DNA of 38,293 nt from Opitutia bacterium. GTDB lineage: Bacteria > Verrucomicrobiota > Verrucomicrobiia > Opitutales > UBA953. Below the pieces are notes generated by a model. That model was not told the DNA's origin, ran no database searches, and saw nothing but the letters and a program-made list of their open reading frames with translations. Shown here piece by piece: positions 35,376-38,293 of this stretch. The stretch is from the NCBI GenBank assembly GCA_947460445.1, contig CANHHS010000001.1, positions 1 to 38,293 on the forward strand. Reading direction: 5' to 3'. Position numbers and translations under genes: made by a program. The first letter of the stretch is position 1. Each line of letters starts with the position of its first letter.

Positions 35376-35427
35376 AAGGGTTTTTTGTTCCCTTTAGAGG
35401 GTAAAGAGCCTTGTCTCTAGAACGTCG

Positions 35428-36438
35428 ATGAGTGCTTTACCATCCGTCCTTATTCGGAGCCTCGGCGTACATACGCCAGCTCGCAGGGTGACCAATGAGG
35501 AGCTTTCCTTGACGGTGGAGACTTCGGACGAATGGATTCGCACCCGCTCAGGTATTGGCGAGCGACGGATTGCCGCCGCGAACGAGAACCCATCCGACAT
35601 GGGTGCGAAAGCAGCAGCCCAAGCCCTCGAACGTGCTGGGCTTAAACCAACCGACATCGACCTGCTCATCGTGGCAACGATGACGCCGGACCTAACCTTC
35701 CCTTCGACGGCTTGCCTTCTCCAATCTAAACTCGGCCTACGCACAGACATCCCTTGCTTTGATATTTCCGCTGCGTGCTCAGGCTTCATCTACGCACTCC
35801 AAGTCGGTACCGATATGCTACGCGGTGGTCACTACCGCCGTGCACTCATTATTGGTGCAGAAAAACTCTCGAGCGTCGTCGACTGGAAGGATCGCTCTAC
35901 GTGCGTGCTGTTCGGTGATGCCGCCGGCGCAGCAGTGATTGAGACATCCGATCAACCCAATGTTGGCGTTCTTGCCAACCTGCTAGGCGCAGACGGATCG
36001 AACGCTGAATTGCTGTATGCAGTTGCCGGTGGCTCCGCTAAGCCTGCGTCCGCTGAAACCGTTGCTGCTGGCGAACATTACTTGCGGATGAACGGCAAAG
36101 AAGTGTTCAAGCTCGCCGTGCGCGTTATGGCGAGTTCATGCGAACAGGTACTGAAAGAAGCAGGTGTTAGTTCGGATCAAGTGTCCTGCTTTATTCCTCA
36201 CCAAGCCAACGTTCGTATTATCGAAGCGGTCGCATCTCAGCTTGGCGTCGGCATGGAACGCTTCTTGCTTAACCTTGAGTGCTACGGCAATACCTCAGCT
36301 GCATCCATCCCGCTCGCCCTCGAGCAGGCCTGGAGAGATGGTCGCATCAAACACAATGACCTCGTTCTACTCGTCGCCTTCGGCGCCGGACTGACTTGGG
36401 GAGCAACCCTTATTCGCTGGTATGAACCTAAACGCTAA
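35428..36438 (+). CDS. fabH: 3-oxoacyl-ACP synthase III
   Basis: NEELS..VETSDEWIRTRSGIGERR, active-site ACSGF, HQANVRII and GNTSAASIPLAL are the FabH Cys-His-Asn triad contexts. Confidence 0.93.
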   Translation: MSALPSVLIRSLGVHTPARRVTNEELSLTVETSDEWIRTRSGIGERRIAAANENPSDMGAKAAAQALERAGLKPTDIDLLIVATMTPDLTFPSTACLLQSKLGLRTDIPCFDISAACSGFIYALQVGTDMLRGGHYRRALIIGAEKLSSVVDWKDRSTCVLFGDAAGAAVIETSDQPNVGVLANLLGADGSNAELLYAVAGGSAKPASAETVAAGEHYLRMNGKEVFKLAVRVMASSCEQVLKEAGVSSDQVSCFIPHQANVRIIEAVASQLGVGMERFLLNLECYGNTSAASIPLALEQAWRDGRIKHNDLVLLVAFGAGLTWGATLIRWYEPKR

Positions 36439-37534
36439 ACTCTTATTCATCGCGACCATCGTCGCGACCTGTCCGCTACAAGCTGAGCTTCTTCGCGACG
36501 CTCAGGGCGTCTGGAAAATCACCACAACCAAGCCGACCGATTTACCAGCCGATCCGGAAAAGCGTGCAGAGATTATTGATAACTTAAATCAGGGCACTCG
36601 GGAGTTTGATGCAGGAAAATTCTCCGCAGCCATTTCCAGTCTCACTGATGTGATTGACGATGCAGGTGATACGGAGGCCGGTGCACCCGCAAGGCACTTT
36701 CGAGCAAAAGCCTACAATGAGCGCAGTCAGTACGAACCGGCGATCGAAGATCTGAAATGGGTGGCAACACGTCGCATCGACTACGCCGACTTTGATAACG
36801 TCATCGACCTCGAACTCGCTATTGCCCGCAATTTAGCCAACGGAGGTCGTCGATGGCTGGGAGGTTGGATGCCATGGTTCCAGGATCGCGCCTTGGCACT
36901 CAACGTACTGCTCGACGTCGCCCGCCAAGCACCCAACGGAAAACGTGCCGAAACTGCTTTAATTGAATACGCACGCCTGGCATTGAAACTCGACAAGCGC
37001 GAAGAGGCCATGGACGCCCTTGAGCGCATCGTGGGAGAACACCCTAACTCTGCGCACATCGCTGAAGCCATGGGCATGCTAGCCGACTTACGTGCTTCGG
37101 ACTCGCCAGGAGCAGCCTGGGACCAAGCTTCAGCACGTGAGGCTATTGATGCACTGGAAACGCTCATGGCTCAGTACCCGAATAGCCCAGAAGCTAAACT
37201 AGCTGAACCAAGGGTCAAAATCTTGCGCGATCAAATGGCACGAGCCCGCCTAGAACTCGCAGAGTTTTACTGGGTTCGTCGAAATAATCCACGCGCCGCC
37301 CGTCTCATGGCTGCATCTGCGATCACTATCGCTCCCGAATCCGAGGCAGGTGTAGCCGCCAATAAATTAATTGCTTCGATTGATGCCGGTGGCGAGCCAC
37401 CATCCACCTTAGCGGATGCTGTACTCGGGCGCTACCCTCGACCACTCGGTGCAGGACCCGCTGCCGTCAAAGCGACAAGCGGAGATAACGGACTAGGATT
37501 TAAAGAAGAAACACAGAAAGGTGGAGAGCGATGA
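36422..37534 (+). CDS. TPR-like outer membrane assembly factor, BamD (YfiO)-like
   Basis: Signal peptide (LLFIATIVATCPLQA). The repeated helical hairpins with HPNSAHIAEA, YPNSPEAKLAEPRVKILRDQMARARLELAEFYWVRRNNPRAARL resemble BamD. The start overlaps the fabH end by 17 nt. Confidence 0.5.
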   Translation: MNLNAKLLFIATIVATCPLQAELLRDAQGVWKITTTKPTDLPADPEKRAEIIDNLNQGTREFDAGKFSAAISSLTDVIDDAGDTEAGAPARHFRAKAYNERSQYEPAIEDLKWVATRRIDYADFDNVIDLELAIARNLANGGRRWLGGWMPWFQDRALALNVLLDVARQAPNGKRAETALIEYARLALKLDKREEAMDALERIVGEHPNSAHIAEAMGMLADLRASDSPGAAWDQASAREAIDALETLMAQYPNSPEAKLAEPRVKILRDQMARARLELAEFYWVRRNNPRAARLMAASAITIAPESEAGVAANKLIASIDAGGEPPSTLADAVLGRYPRPLGAGPAAVKATSGDNGLGFKEETQKGGER

Positions 37535-38025
37535 TTCCAGCGCATTTCCCAGTCTGGATGACCGCCTTCTTTCTCTTAACCGGGTGTAGCAATTATCAAT
37601 TAGGTTCTGGTTCACATGAAATCCATCGCATTGAAATTCTACCCGTCCGAAACTCTGCGACTGTCCCAGGAATACATGGCGTCTTACAGCAGGCACTCGT
37701 GGCAACATTGAATACGGATAAGCGTATACGGCTTGAGTCGGGCGATGAAACGCTCGAGGTTGAAGTTACCAGCTATACACGTAAAGCCGTCACACGGTCG
37801 ACTAGCGACGCCCTCGAGGCTGGACAGTTTCGCGTTACCCTCAGCGCCGTTTGCACCCTAGGTTCTAAAGATAAGCAAAAGGTTCGCTTCGCCCAACGAA
37901 CCTTTACCGCCTCAGCCATTCTGGCAGCCGCTGGCGACTTATCTTCTGAAGAGCGTCAAGCGTTACCACGCTTAGCTACAGAAATTGCCACGCAGATTCG
38001 CGATGCGTCTGTCGGCAGCTGGTAA
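37531..38025 (+). CDS. Small lipoprotein, LptE (LPS-assembly lipoprotein)-like
   Basis: Lipobox FFLLTGCSNYQLGSG followed by IEILPVRNSATVPG, which resembles the LptE N-terminal pattern. A GGTGGAGAG element precedes the ATG, and the start overlaps the upstream stop (ATGA). Confidence 0.45.
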   Translation: MIPAHFPVWMTAFFLLTGCSNYQLGSGSHEIHRIEILPVRNSATVPGIHGVLQQALVATLNTDKRIRLESGDETLEVEVTSYTRKAVTRSTSDALEAGQFRVTLSAVCTLGSKDKQKVRFAQRTFTASAILAAAGDLSSEERQALPRLATEIATQIRDASVGSW

Positions 38026-38030
38026 TACTT

Positions 38031-38293
38031 ATGCCAAACCCTGTCCTCATTGCCCCGTCGCTGCTCGCTGCAGATCACGGGAATTTTTCGACAGGCATCT
38101 CCACAATCGAAGCTGCGGGATTAAGTTGGGTTCACTTGGATGTGATGGACGGCCATTTCGTGCCGAATATCAGCTTCGGACCTCAGGTTCTCAGCGACCT
38201 CCGCCCACGGACTAAACTCTTTTTTGATACACACCTGATGCTCCTGCATCCTGACCGCTATATCGAAGCTTTTGCTCGAGCAGGCGCACAAAG
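38031..38293 (+). CDS. rpe: Ribulose-phosphate 3-epimerase (5' part, continues beyond window)
   Basis: Hand translation gives MPNPVLIAPSLLAADHGNFSTGISTIEAAGLSWVHLDVMDGHFVPNISFGPQVLSDLRP...FFDTHLML. This is the canonical Rpe N-terminus (SLL.AD, H.DVMDG.FVPN). Confidence 0.88.
   Translation, partial: MPNPVLIAPSLLAADHGNFSTGISTIEAAGLSWVHLDVMDGHFVPNISFGPQVLSDLRPRTKLFFDTHLMLLHPDRYIEAFARAGAQ

Overview
This is a densely packed chromosomal window (about 40 genes, mostly short gaps or overlaps) from a diderm bacterium of moderate GC. The BamD-like, LptE-like, MlaD-like, GmhB and TIGR03790-like proteins, plus several low-complexity envelope proteins, make me guess a PVC/Verrucomicrobiota-type genome. 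That guess is unverified. Most of the content is core housekeeping: pheST, rplT, rpmI, infC, rpsA, glyQS, pheA, scpB, ilvD, pgi, rsmI, pdxA, rpmF-plsX-fabH, rpe, metX and cls. Three genes missing from the ORF track were recovered by eye: pheT (runs off the window edge), rpmF (59 aa) and a 56-aa lipoprotein ORF. I recognised no rRNA, tRNA, CRISPR array, transposase, integrase or classical defence-island signature. I also see no clear-cut novel system. The best candidates for undescribed biology are: (1) a tightly coupled pair at 15897..19922 encoding an 835-aa polytopic coiled-coil membrane protein and a 503-aa Ser/Pro/Ala-rich lipoprotein; (2) a secreted 17-Cys metallothionein-like repeat protein at 32933..33412 following an orphan BtuF-like binding protein; (3) a Fur-family regulator translationally coupled to a fused MurU-AmgK-like enzyme; (4) a membrane coiled-coil protein plus mini-lipoprotein coupled to rsmI; (5) a degenerate nuclease-fold-like orphan coupled to pdxA. 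All functional calls rest on motif recognition by eye, with no database search run.
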